Positions 1-9,098 of a stretch of 64,000 nt of DNA are shown one piece after another. The stretch is taken from the IMG/VR virus record IMGVR_UViG_3300035701_000012. The stretch is one strand, 5' to 3'. Position 1 is the first letter of the stretch. Each line of letters opens with the position of its first letter. The notes beneath the pieces were generated by a model. It was not told the origin of the DNA and made no database searches. It was given only the letters and a program-made list of their open reading frames with translations. A program made the translations under genes and the position numbers. Source of the stretch: a virus (lineage: Duplodnaviria > Heunggongvirae > Uroviricota > Caudoviricetes).

Positions 1-472
1 TCCGGAAGGAAGTGATGTCGGGCTTTATGTCTTGAACAGCGTGGACAAATCTACAAGCGTTTTCATTCGATTTTTGGTAGAATCAAAATATGGGTATTTG
101 GTCGTGCCAAAAATGAAGATGTTCAGGCAGGTTCACATGGGAGATAAAGTCGAATTTAAGATTGAAGACCATGTGGAGTTATTGAAGAAAGTTGAATCAG
201 AGTGGAAGGAGATAGTAGAGAAGTTCTCGAAAACCACAGTGACACAAGAGAACTTGGCGGCAATCTTAGATGGAATCACAACTAACAAGGAATTTCATGA
301 ATACATCTCAGAACTGCATAAAAATGGCAATATTGCCAATTTCTGGGACTTGTTTTTGGAATTGACCAAGAATATAGACATTCTAAGATGCAGAAGCAAG
401 TTACAGCGTTTCAAGATAGTGGAGAGGATTTCCGATTTGCTTTACAATGTTTCAATGAGCATGAAACTGTAA
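1..472 (+). CDS. hypothetical protein; frame is open from position 2, so this is either a 5'-truncated CDS or a TTG start at 32
   Basis: ORF track 32-472; the frame continues without a stop back to the window edge. Confidence 0.4.
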   Translation, partial: PEGSDVGLYVLNSVDKSTSVFIRFLVESKYGYLVVPKMKMFRQVHMGDKVEFKIEDHVELLKKVESEWKEIVEKFSKTTVTQENLAAILDGITTNKEFHEYISELHKNGNIANFWDLFLELTKNIDILRCRSKLQRFKIVERISDLLYNVSMSMKL

Positions 473-578
473 AGCTGGTCATATCGCATAGCCTTTGGGA
501 TTTCGGTAAGTTAACTCTTACCGCCTCCTATAACCCATCGGCTATGCGAGACTAAAAATCGAATCGAGGTGAGATAAT

Positions 579-794
579 ATGCCAAATGCAAATTATACAA
601 TAGAAAAGTGTTTGATGTGCGGAAAACCAAATTCAAAGATTACCAAAAGATTTTTAGGTATTCCTTATAAAAAAGATGAATTTGGTTTTGCGTGTAAAGA
701 CTGCGAGGAAGCATCAGCAAAAGAAGATGAATTGTTTCAGGAAGCAAAAAGAAAGAAATGGTTAGAAAAAAGAAAACATCTTATTGGGAGATGA
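579..794 (+). CDS. small zinc-ribbon protein
   Basis: CxxC...CxxC (CLMCGK...CKDCEE); purine-rich RBS upstream. Confidence 0.5.
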   Translation: MPNANYTIEKCLMCGKPNSKITKRFLGIPYKKDEFGFACKDCEEASAKEDELFQEAKRKKWLEKRKHLIGR

Positions 795-1272
795 TTGAAT
801 GTCATGGAGTAAAGTCGATTCAGTTATCATAGAGTTTGATGATGGAATAACATTGAAACTTGGAGTTGAAAAACGAGGAATCTGATATGATAGACCCAAA
901 TATTTGGATAGGAATATTTAGTTTGGTAGTTGCTGGTATTATTTGCTATCCTGTTGCTAATAAAATATATCAATTCAAACAGAAAAGATACGAGCCAGAA
1001 AGAAAAGCCAGAGGTATGAGATGATTAATATGAAATGTATGTCGTGGAAAAACTCAAAGAAGGATGAGTCGCTATCTTGCGGATGCAAGAAAAAAAGAAA
1101 CCACAAAGGTAAGCACGAATGTAGTCGATGTGGAGACAAATGGTGATTGAGATGGCTCTGATAAAAGTAACCGTGAAACCACAAGCGTTTTGGTTAGGTG
1201 TTACTATAGGTGTCGCAGCAGGGATGGTAGCGACCAACATGATTTGGTTACAACATAAAGACAAACGAAAAA

Positions 1273-1509
1273 GTGATTGATATGAAAATAGTAAAAATAC
1301 GAAAATACCAAGCTGTTGGAAAATATGATTATTACAGCGAGAAATTTAAGAGAGATGTTGTAAGAAAATGGGATATTGGTTATAAACTTAGACATAGATG
1401 CAATAAGATAAGAGATATGCCAAGATATTTTGCCAATATTCTTTGGTGTAGTAAATGCAGGGATTATTTTGAAAGTCATGAATTTGTAAAAATCAAGAAA
1501 GGTGATTGA
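1273..1509 (+). CDS. hypothetical small Cys-containing protein
   Basis: ORF preceded by GGTGATTGATATG junction; CNK...CSKC motif. Confidence 0.45.
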   Translation: MIDMKIVKIRKYQAVGKYDYYSEKFKRDVVRKWDIGYKLRHRCNKIRDMPRYFANILWCSKCRDYFESHEFVKIKKGD

Positions 1510-1720
1510 TATGGTAGAGATAGATTTGTTGAATAAACGTCTGAAAGATGTCAAGGAAGCCTTTGATTCGATGAAAAAGGTAGGTGTAAGCGATGAGATT
1601 CTCATAGTTTACATCATGCACAAGACCAAACTGCCGAGAAAACGAGTTGAAGCGATGCTAAATGCACAGGAAGAATTTTATACGAATCTTGTCAAAACAG
1701 AGGTTGCGAAGAAGGTATAA
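1502..1720 (+). CDS. hypothetical protein
   Basis: ORF overlapping the previous stop via a GGTGATTGATATG junction. Confidence 0.45.
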   Translation: MIDMVEIDLLNKRLKDVKEAFDSMKKVGVSDEILIVYIMHKTKLPRKRVEAMLNAQEEFYTNLVKTEVAKKV

Positions 1721-1892
1721 ATATGAAAAAAGGACAACATCTATGGAATAGTATCATGGCTAAAAGCTTTGGAAGATTAATTAAAGGGAAATTAGGTTTT
1801 GCATACAATCTAAATTCAAATGAAATCGTTGGATGTAAACTTTTTTTGATGTCCGACAAAGAATTTGATGAAATCATGAAAAGGTGTAAATA

Positions 1893-2276
1893 ATGGAAAA
1901 TAAAGACCGAGCAATAGAGATTGTGGTAAAGTTCGAGAAAAAACATGGCAGAAAACCTATAGTATTACCGAATGGTCACGGTTATGACGTGCATTCCGGC
2001 AATAGACGTATTGAAGTGAAGAGCAAGGGTAGAGATTTGAAACATTCATGTGGTGTTTCTATGCACGAATCACTTTATAGAAAGATTTGGAAATTTGGTA
2101 AAAGATATTACATTTATTTTGTTTATAACATGAATGACAGACCTAAGATGAAGATAATCGAACCAAAACAAATATTTCCTAATCTCCGGATAGAAAATTC
2201 ATATCATTTGGATGGAAAATTCTTGAGAGATAGAAGCATACCTGAAATTGATGTTGAAGGTGAGGGATTGGAGTGA
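1893..2276 (+). CDS. hypothetical protein, possible PD-(D/E)xK nuclease fold
   Basis: GYDVH...RRIEVKSK resembles a D...ExK motif; weak. Confidence 0.4.
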   Translation: MENKDRAIEIVVKFEKKHGRKPIVLPNGHGYDVHSGNRRIEVKSKGRDLKHSCGVSMHESLYRKIWKFGKRYYIYFVYNMNDRPKMKIIEPKQIFPNLRIENSYHLDGKFLRDRSIPEIDVEGEGLE

Positions 2277-2452
2277 CATATTGTTATAGCGGTTGTTTTC
2301 CGGGAGCTATATGTGCAAAATGTGGAAAGAGTGACCCTAAAGAAATGATGTTTACCTATGCGAAAAGAACAAAATTCAAGATTTTGTGCAAAGATTGTCT
2401 TTTGAAACAGGACAAGACTGTATATCAAAGAATAGTGGCGGAATGGGTATGA
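2273..2452 (+). CDS. zinc-ribbon paralog 1 of a tandem family (GTG start, not in ORF track)
   Basis: translation gives CxxC...CxxC and a C-terminal ...RIVAEWV like the downstream paralogs; start overlaps the previous stop (GAGTGA). Confidence 0.35.
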   Translation: MTYCYSGCFPGAICAKCGKSDPKEMMFTYAKRTKFKILCKDCLLKQDKTVYQRIVAEWV

Positions 2453-2673
2453 AAAAAGCAAAACTCCAAAAGAAGTTCGTGATTGATAAATTGGAAAAAA
2501 CTTTAGCAAATATGTGGTCGGCACCATGTGATATGTGCAGAGAACAGGTGAGACTTTCGGAACATTTTCCTGTTAATATGAAAGGAGAGAGAACAGTGCA
2601 GAATTTATGTTTGAGATGTTTCATAGAAAATCATCCTAAACTTTATAAGGAATTCGTAGCGGAGGCAATTTGA
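2449..2673 (+). CDS. zinc-ribbon paralog 2 (track start 2386 looks over-extended; ATG 2449 overlaps the upstream stop as ATGA)
   Basis: CDMC...CLRC; C-terminal ...FVAEAI. Confidence 0.5.
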   Translation: MKKAKLQKKFVIDKLEKTLANMWSAPCDMCREQVRLSEHFPVNMKGERTVQNLCLRCFIENHPKLYKEFVAEAI

Positions 2674-2972
2674 TGGGAGAAATAATAGCAAAATGTGACC
2701 ATTGTAAAGCGGAATGGAAAGTTGTAGAAAAGCCGTTAGGTTCGGATTCAAGAATATACCCAAAGGTTGTAGACCTTGCTACAAGTGATATTAAAATAAA
2801 TGGAAAAACCATGTCGGTTTTTCAGGATAGATGTGACAATTGTGACGAAGTAAAATATTTGAAAGATTTAACAACTTTAAAGAAAGGCAATCAGGTAAGA
2901 ACTTTGTGTTTAGATTGCCTCAAAGAAACTGAAAAGGAGATATATGGCAAAATGATAGCAGAGAGGGTTTGA
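2670..2972 (+). CDS. zinc-ribbon paralog 3
   Basis: CDHC...CDNC...CLDC; ends ...MIAERV; ATGA overlap. Confidence 0.55.
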   Translation: MMGEIIAKCDHCKAEWKVVEKPLGSDSRIYPKVVDLATSDIKINGKTMSVFQDRCDNCDEVKYLKDLTTLKKGNQVRTLCLDCLKETEKEIYGKMIAERV

Positions 2973-3184
2973 ATATGCTCAAGGAACTTGAAAAAGAATT
3001 GATACAATTGAATCTTTATCCGTGTCAAAAATGCCATAAGCTTTTTGGGCGTGAAGAAATGTATGCGGTGCATTGGAGAAGAAATATATTTGGATGGAAA
3101 TCGAAGAAACATGAACTTATGTGCGTGAGATGTGCTGAAAAAAACAAGAGATTGCGGTCTCGTATCATGGCGGAGAGGATATGA
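2969..3184 (+). CDS. zinc-ribbon paralog 4
   Basis: CQKCHK...CVRCAEKNKRLRSRIMAERI; near-identical architecture to 3398-3613. Confidence 0.55.
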   Translation: MNMLKELEKELIQLNLYPCQKCHKLFGREEMYAVHWRRNIFGWKSKKHELMCVRCAEKNKRLRSRIMAERI

Positions 3185-3396
3185 TGATGAAGAAATTGAA
3201 AGTTGATATAAGAAAGGCAATGGATAACATTATGTTTCATAAATGTGATATATGCAAGAAGCGAGTGGTTGTCAGAGAAATTTTTACAGTCGGAACAGTC
3301 GAAAGAAAGGATACAAGACCTTTAGGATTATGCTTTTTTTGTTGCAAGAAAGAGTATCCTCAAATTTATAGAAAAATAATAGCGGAGAGAGTTTGA
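3181..3396 (+). CDS. zinc-ribbon paralog 5
   Basis: CDICKK...CFFCC; ends ...IIAERV. Confidence 0.55.
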   Translation: MMMKKLKVDIRKAMDNIMFHKCDICKKRVVVREIFTVGTVERKDTRPLGLCFFCCKKEYPQIYRKIIAERV

Positions 3397-3397
3397 T

Positions 3398-3613
3398 ATG
3401 TTGCAATCCGAAACACTCATAAATTTGGTAGGACAACCACCTTCCAGTTTATGTAAGAAATGTCATAAACATATTCCGAATGAAAAGATGTATGTTTTTC
3501 ATTATCGAAGAAATATTATCGGATGGAAAACAGAAAAAGAAGATGTTTTTTGTATAGAGTGTGCCAAGAAAGACAAGAGGTTACGGTCTCGCATCGTAGC
3601 GGAGGAGATTTGA
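3398..3613 (+). CDS. zinc-ribbon paralog 6
   Basis: CKKCHK...CIECAKKDKRLRSRIVAEEI; clear paralog of 2969-3184. Confidence 0.55.
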   Translation: MLQSETLINLVGQPPSSLCKKCHKHIPNEKMYVFHYRRNIIGWKTEKEDVFCIECAKKDKRLRSRIVAEEI

Positions 3614-3881
3614 ATGACAAGAAAGAAATGGGTATCAATATGGGTATCGCCTGATGTCAAGAAAGAACTTCAAAACGAAAAGATGACCAGAGGCGAATAT
3701 TGGGATGATTTACTGATGAGAATCCTGAAAAGGTATCGTGAGGTCGAAACAGATGAAAAATAATAAATATGTTCATATTGTTCCGTGCAAAAAATGTAAA
3801 GGTGGGCAGGGAATTATGCAAGAAGATGGAACAAATGTGAGATGTGTTATGTGTGGAACAAATGCGAGGGAGGAATGAGAA

Positions 3882-4292
3882 ATGATTTTGACAAAAGAAT
3901 ACCGAGAACAACGAAGTAAAATCAGAAAAGAAATAGCAGAATTGTTTTGTCTCTGTCTTGAAGATAAATGTTCATGCGGAAAATGTGATAAAGATTATGC
4001 TATCATTGATTTGACATTCCTGAAACTCGAAGATGATGTAATCAAAGATTTGAAAGAAAAGTTATCATTCGCTACAGAGTTTTGGTTCAGTGATAATTTG
4101 AGAATCTCGATTCGAGATAAAGAAAATGACAAATGGGCAATAACTGATGGTGTCAATTGTCTCTCTAAGAATTTTGGATGGGACTATGAATCTCAGCCAT
4201 CGAGCAGGACAGATGAGTTCAAAGAAACTCATAGATTTTCGTTTGATGAAGCATGGAAGATAGCATGGAAAATGAAAGGTGATATGAAATGA
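3882..4292 (+). CDS. hypothetical protein
   Basis: ORF, RBS, CxC/CxxC pair near N-terminus. Confidence 0.45.
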   Translation: MILTKEYREQRSKIRKEIAELFCLCLEDKCSCGKCDKDYAIIDLTFLKLEDDVIKDLKEKLSFATEFWFSDNLRISIRDKENDKWAITDGVNCLSKNFGWDYESQPSSRTDEFKETHRFSFDEAWKIAWKMKGDMK

Positions 4293-4585
4293 ATCAGAAA
4301 CTTGGTGATTGCTATCAGGTAGCAGGACACATGATAATGGATAATTCCAATTTTGTTTTGTGTCATGGTATGGTATCTGGGCAAGGAAAACTCAAAAGGA
4401 GGAGAATGGGTCATGCTTGGATTGAACATGGAGATGTTATATTTGATTTTTCAAACAATCGGAAAATAATTATGAGAAAGGAGAAATACTATAAAATAGG
4501 AAAAATAAAGAAGGTCAAAAAATATACACAAAAACAGGCGTGTAAAATGATGCTCAAACATAAAACATTCGGAGATTGGAGTTGA
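4289..4585 (+). CDS. hypothetical protein
   Basis: ORF with ATGA overlap to upstream gene. Confidence 0.4.
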   Translation: MNQKLGDCYQVAGHMIMDNSNFVLCHGMVSGQGKLKRRRMGHAWIEHGDVIFDFSNNRKIIMRKEKYYKIGKIKKVKKYTQKQACKMMLKHKTFGDWS

Positions 4586-5083
4586 TTGATTATGAAAGGA
4601 TGTTCAGTTCCAAATTGTAAAAACGTTCATTATGCGAGAGGTTTCTGTCAGAATCATTATATTCAAGCAAGGGTTAGAGGAGAATTGAAAACTGCTCCAA
4701 GAACAAGATATACTAAGGAAAACAAATCAGCAGTAGATACGGTTCTTTCTACTCTCGAAAATAGGCTTACAATATTGGCTCATGATGTAAAAATGTTGAG
4801 AAAGGCTCTTCACATAAAGAATTTCAGTATGCTTTCTTTTCAAGAAATGGCTAAGCGAAAACAAGATATTGAAGAAACCTATTTTCCTCATGTTTCAGAA
4901 AAAGAAGAGCCTGTTACCGTTATTCACGCAGGAACAAAGGTTTGCCCGAAGTGTAAAGAAGTTGTAGAAACACTTCTGAAACCTTTAGACCAAGACGATG
5001 GACTATGTGTAAACTGTTTGAAGAAAAAAGGTGATGCCAATGAAATGTCTAATATGCAAAGGAGAGACGATTCCTCAAATTGA
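4586..5083 (+). CDS. Cys-rich zinc-binding protein with a CxxxxC...GxCxxHY motif of the kind seen in phage HNH-associated proteins
   Basis: N-terminal GCSVPNCKNVHYARGFCQNHY; C-terminal CPKC...CVNC. Confidence 0.45.
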   Translation: MIMKGCSVPNCKNVHYARGFCQNHYIQARVRGELKTAPRTRYTKENKSAVDTVLSTLENRLTILAHDVKMLRKALHIKNFSMLSFQEMAKRKQDIEETYFPHVSEKEEPVTVIHAGTKVCPKCKEVVETLLKPLDQDDGLCVNCLKKKGDANEMSNMQRRDDSSN

Positions 5084-5104
5084 TGGAGGATGTTATTGTA
5101 AAAA

Positions 5105-5311
5105 ATGCCGACATATCAGTTATTAGATTGTGAGGTGAATAAAATGACAATTTCGATGGAAAGAATAAAAGAAATTATGAAGCCTGAGCAGTATATGAGA
5201 TTCAAAGATTTCATGACTGGTCAGACTGTGGAATCAGGAAAAGATGGCAAGACTCAGGTCTTTGACGGTGACTTTTTGCGTTGGGTAAAGAAAATGTCTG
5301 TGATTGATTGA
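5105..5311 (+). CDS. hypothetical protein
   Basis: ORF in operon-like series. Confidence 0.4.
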   Translation: MPTYQLLDCEVNKMTISMERIKEIMKPEQYMRFKDFMTGQTVESGKDGKTQVFDGDFLRWVKKMSVID

Positions 5312-5320
5312 GTTGTTTTT

Positions 5321-5533
5321 ATGAAAATTATAGAACCATATCAAGTTGATGATGTGGTTGATAAGGAATGGAAAACCCCGGAAGAACTATTCAAGATATT
5401 GAAGAAAAAAGAAACTGATGTAAGCCTGAATCAAGTCAAGACACGTTTGAGGATACTCAATGATAAGTGGAAATGTGTTGATAAGAAACGAGAAAAAGGA
5501 AAGATTTATTATCGAAAGAAGGTGATTGAATGA
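5321..5533 (+). CDS. hypothetical protein
   Basis: ORF in operon-like series. Confidence 0.4.
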   Translation: MKIIEPYQVDDVVDKEWKTPEELFKILKKKETDVSLNQVKTRLRILNDKWKCVDKKREKGKIYYRKKVIE

Positions 5534-5826
5534 CAAAAAAAATAAATTATGGTAAACCACCTCTTTATAACAGACCATTGATAGATGAAAAACTGATTCA
5601 AATAGAAAACAAATTAGCTTTTTTATTGCGTGAAGTCACTCTACTGAGAAAATCAATGTATTATAGGTCTCAGCCCTATTCTCAGAAAGACGTTAAAACA
5701 TTCGACCCACATGGAAGAGGTGGAGGTGGAGGAAGAAGGAAGAAGAAATATAAATCATGCACAGCAGGAATCGGTCATTTCTGCAAGAAGCATCAATGTG
5801 TTCATAGAGAGGAGGAATCGAAATGA
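5530..5826 (+). CDS. hypothetical basic protein
   Basis: ORF; Gly/Arg/Lys-rich segment then C...C...C...H. Confidence 0.4.
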   Translation: MTKKINYGKPPLYNRPLIDEKLIQIENKLAFLLREVTLLRKSMYYRSQPYSQKDVKTFDPHGRGGGGGRRKKKYKSCTAGIGHFCKKHQCVHREEESK

Positions 5827-6077
5827 TACCTGAAGAAGTAAAAAAAGAGTTACAGAAAAAAAAGATAGACGGTATTGAATGTCTATGTTACAAAGATGGA
5901 ACTATTCGCTACATTGATGTTTCAGAAAGTCCAATATTATCAAAAGATGATTTGATTTTCTTCGCCAGATTGTTTTTTGAAAACTTTATGGAAAAGGAAG
6001 TCATAGAGCAAATTAAGAAAGAAGCGGTGAATGAATTCAAAGAGAAATTGAAAGAAATGTTGAAATATATAGAATGA
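5823..6077 (+). CDS. hypothetical protein
   Basis: ORF with ATGA overlap. Confidence 0.4.
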   Translation: MIPEEVKKELQKKKIDGIECLCYKDGTIRYIDVSESPILSKDDLIFFARLFFENFMEKEVIEQIKKEAVNEFKEKLKEMLKYIE

Positions 6078-6081
6078 AAAG

Positions 6082-6267
6082 GTGATAAATATGGATGAAA
6101 AATGTTTTGTTAAAGATTGCCCTAACTTTGGAATATTTCCTTTTACTAAATATGTTAATGGAGTTGCGAGAGAAACTCGTTTTCTTTGTAAAGACCATTT
6201 TACAGAAGCCTTTCATGATGGAAAAATATCAATAGAATTTGTATCTACAGATGTTGATGGTGATTGA
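6082..6267 (+). CDS. small Cys-containing protein
   Basis: CFVKDC...CKDH. Confidence 0.4.
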   Translation: MINMDEKCFVKDCPNFGIFPFTKYVNGVARETRFLCKDHFTEAFHDGKISIEFVSTDVDGD

Positions 6268-6812
6268 GAATGACATACTTTTTTACAGCCGACACACATT
6301 TTGGTCATGCGAATATAATCAAATATTGCGATAGACCGTTCAAATCAGTCGAAGAAATGAATGAAGCACTTATCAGAAATTGGAATCAGCGTGTTAAACC
6401 GAATGATACGGTTTTCGTTCTCGGAGATTTTTGTTTCAAAAATACTGCTGGTGGTAAGGAAGGAGAAGGCTCTTTGAATAGGGCTGAATTCTATTCTTCA
6501 AAATTGAACGGAAATAAAGTTTTTATTCGTGGAAGTCATGATACAAATAATTCTCTAAATACAAAAATAGTATCGCTTGTTATAGAAATGAGTGGGCATG
6601 AGATATTTTGCGTTCATGACCCTATAGATTCTAATGGTGGATACCAAATAAATCTCGTTGGACATATTCATAAAGAATGGGAAATCAAGAAAACATATAG
6701 TGGTTATTTGATTAATGTTGGTGTTGATGTGTGGAGATTTATGCCTATCAATATGCAAGAAATCTTGGAAAGATTAGAAAAATTTAAAAAACGAGGAAGT
6801 GATTCAAAATGA
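6264..6812 (+). CDS. calcineurin-like metallophosphoesterase
   Basis: TADTHFGH (DxH), VLGDFCF (GDxx), RGSHD (GNHD-like), VGHIH (GHxH); matches the metallophosphoesterase motif order. Confidence 0.75.
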   Translation: MRMTYFFTADTHFGHANIIKYCDRPFKSVEEMNEALIRNWNQRVKPNDTVFVLGDFCFKNTAGGKEGEGSLNRAEFYSSKLNGNKVFIRGSHDTNNSLNTKIVSLVIEMSGHEIFCVHDPIDSNGGYQINLVGHIHKEWEIKKTYSGYLINVGVDVWRFMPINMQEILERLEKFKKRGSDSK

Positions 6813-7642
6813 AACCTATGATAGATATAATAAAAATGTCGGAAGAACCAACTCAATCAGAAAAAGAAATAGAACAAATCCGGGAGAAAGTCAGAGCAAT
6901 AATCAAGCAACATAACATTGAGAATATACCACGAAGAGATGACATAATAAATATTGTTTACGATTGTTGCAAACACATCTTTGAAAAAGAGAAGGAACAG
7001 TTCATAGATGAGATAGTTCAAGAAAGAATTGGTATTCAGAAAGAAGACGGTGAAAGAATCAAAGACTATAAAATGCAAATAAAAGAGATGATTGAAAAAA
7101 TTGATAAACTCAAAGACGAATATATCCAGCATTTATCGGGATTGCGAATAGAAAATAAAAACAGAGACATCAATCTGCCATTGAGTGGGTTTGATGGTTT
7201 CGTGGAAGCTGAAAGGAATTGGTGGAAAGAGAAGCTCGAAATAATAAAGAATGAAAAAAAAGGAGGATTTGCACTTATATCTGAATGTTGTGGTTCATCG
7301 GTATGGCATAAACCAGAAGACTGTCCGCAAAAAGTTGAACACGAAAAAAATGTTGCAATCTGTGGGTGTGGCGACCATATTGACAGTGAAGGCTCATGTT
7401 GGATATGTCATGCGAATAAAGTAAGCGATGCTAAGAATAGTAGCATATTGAAAGCGATGAAGATAGTTGATGATTTGGAGAATCTTTACCCAAAAGATAT
7501 TTTTCTCTGGAATAATAAAGAAGTTCTGGATTTTAACAGAGGAAGATTTAATAGGCATTGTTTTGAAATTGTTGAAAACACCAAGAAAAAAATAAAAGAA
7601 GAAATGGAAGAACTGAGAAGGGAGGAAATGAATCATGAGTAA
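6809..7642 (+). CDS. coiled-coil protein with C-terminal Cys/His cluster
   Basis: E/K-rich heptad-like N-terminal half; CCGSS...CPQK...CGCGDH...CWICH. Confidence 0.5.
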   Translation: MKPMIDIIKMSEEPTQSEKEIEQIREKVRAIIKQHNIENIPRRDDIINIVYDCCKHIFEKEKEQFIDEIVQERIGIQKEDGERIKDYKMQIKEMIEKIDKLKDEYIQHLSGLRIENKNRDINLPLSGFDGFVEAERNWWKEKLEIIKNEKKGGFALISECCGSSVWHKPEDCPQKVEHEKNVAICGCGDHIDSEGSCWICHANKVSDAKNSSILKAMKIVDDLENLYPKDIFLWNNKEVLDFNRGRFNRHCFEIVENTKKKIKEEMEELRREEMNHE

Positions 7643-7898
7643 ATGGATTGAATTCAAAGAAGTGCATGACACAGGAAAAACCAAAATCTTTCATGTTGTT
7701 TCAAAGGATGATGGATTTGTTTTAGGTTCAATTTATTGGTTAGCATCTTGGAGAAAATATGTTTTTTCTCCTTCACGATATACTCTCTTTGAAAAAACTT
7801 GTCTTGAAGATATAATATTATTTTTGAACGGTTTGATGATGAAGCATAAAATCCGTAAACAACCTGCAACTGAACCCTACAGTAGTCGTAAAAGCTGA
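7635..7898 (+). CDS. hypothetical protein
   Basis: ORF overlapping upstream stop. Confidence 0.4.
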   Translation: MSKWIEFKEVHDTGKTKIFHVVSKDDGFVLGSIYWLASWRKYVFSPSRYTLFEKTCLEDIILFLNGLMMKHKIRKQPATEPYSSRKS

Positions 7899-8255
7899 GG
7901 GTGATGCTTTGCGATTGGCGGATAATTTTGAAAAGAGGTGATTAATATGGCAGATGAAAAAATAAAAACAATGACAGTAGATACCCATTATCAATTGTTA
8001 GAAATAGAAACTGAGAATGGAAAGAAATTTGTGGTTGAGTTGACACCATCAGAATAAAATAATATTTGGAAAACAGGGATTCTGCACCAGAAGCGTGTGT
8101 CTGGTAGCTACCCCGAAAGGAGAACAACCTTGTCCAAAAAATGAGAGAGATGGGAAATGTCAGAAGAAACGAATCAATATTTTGAATCAAAGAAACGCAA
8201 AAAGTATCGAAGAGTTTATAAGAAAAGAATTAATCTTGTCTAAAAGGGATAAAGA

Positions 8256-8795
8256 ATGGATACTTTGATAAAACAAGTTATCCGGATGTCGAATAACATA
8301 TATTCAGGTTTGATAGCTTTACTAATTTCTTGGATAGTATCTCCTTTTAATCCTTTAGGAATCGTTTGTGCTTTGATAGTTTTTTTTTATACTGCCGGAG
8401 GAAATACACTCAACGAATTTTATGATAAAAAAACTGACATACCGAGAAATATGGTTTTGAAATATTCGTTGTTCTTCTTTGCTACAGGCTCGGCTTTGTT
8501 GATGTTTTTGCCTGTTCCTGCGGTTCTGTTAGCGTTATTTGTTATGATGTTATTGTTGTTTTATGATGTCAATTTTATTTATGTTAAAAATCATCTCAAT
8601 TTGAAAAATATTGTTGTGGCTCTTTGCACAGCGTTTGTTCCGATATTTGTGGTATTAAGCGTAGATAAAAATGAATTTCTTCCCCAATCTATTATTGTAG
8701 CGATAATCTTTTTCGGCTTCCAATTTTGGAGGGAACGATGGAAGGATATAGATGAAAAAGAGGCGATGAAATATTCCAAGAAAATGCGGAAGTGA
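8256..8795 (+). CDS. polytopic membrane protein with a UbiA-prenyltransferase-like Asp-rich motif (NEFYDKKTD); short, possibly a truncated homolog
   Basis: about 5 predicted TM helices; N(D/E)xxDxxxD-like motif after TM2. Confidence 0.45.
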   Translation: MDTLIKQVIRMSNNIYSGLIALLISWIVSPFNPLGIVCALIVFFYTAGGNTLNEFYDKKTDIPRNMVLKYSLFFFATGSALLMFLPVPAVLLALFVMMLLLFYDVNFIYVKNHLNLKNIVVALCTAFVPIFVVLSVDKNEFLPQSIIVAIIFFGFQFWRERWKDIDEKEAMKYSKKMRK

Positions 8796-9015
8796 TTACA
8801 GACCGAATCTAATTCATACACCTCACTGTGTCAAATGTGGAAGGGTTCTGCCGCATTATCTTATGCTCTGCGTAAAAAAGGAAAAATGTAAATATCATTA
8901 TTGTCCTGTTTGTCAGAAGGGTAAAAAAGAGTAAATTAGCTTGGGTAAATGACCAAGATTTTTTCTGGGAATATTTTTTAAAATACTGAAAATTGGAATA
9001 TGTATTTTAGTGATG

Positions 9016-9043
9016 TTCTAATTATAGAATTCTATAATTAGAA
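9016..9043. promoter_or_regulatory. perfect 28-bp palindrome TTCTAATTATAGAATTCTATAATTAGAA, 55 bp upstream of the integrase start
   Basis: read directly from the sequence; reverse complement is identical. Confidence 0.6.
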
Positions 9044-9098
9044 GATGGAGAGAGTTTAGATGAGAGTTATTTAAGGTTAATATGAATAATATTAAACT

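Noticed and set aside
975-1946. Minus-strand ORFs in the plus-strand small-gene block (975-1184, 1025-1264, 1204-1605, 1692-1946, and similar throughout 2-37 kb)
   Set aside because: Antisense to tightly packed + strand genes with SD-coupled junctions; hydrophobic low-complexity translations typical of AT-rich antisense frames.
2386-2673. Track start at 2386 for the second Zn-ribbon paralog
   Set aside because: An upstream paralog in another frame (2273-2452) ends at an ATGA overlapping ATG 2449, matching the junction style of the other five copies; the 2386 start is an over-extension.
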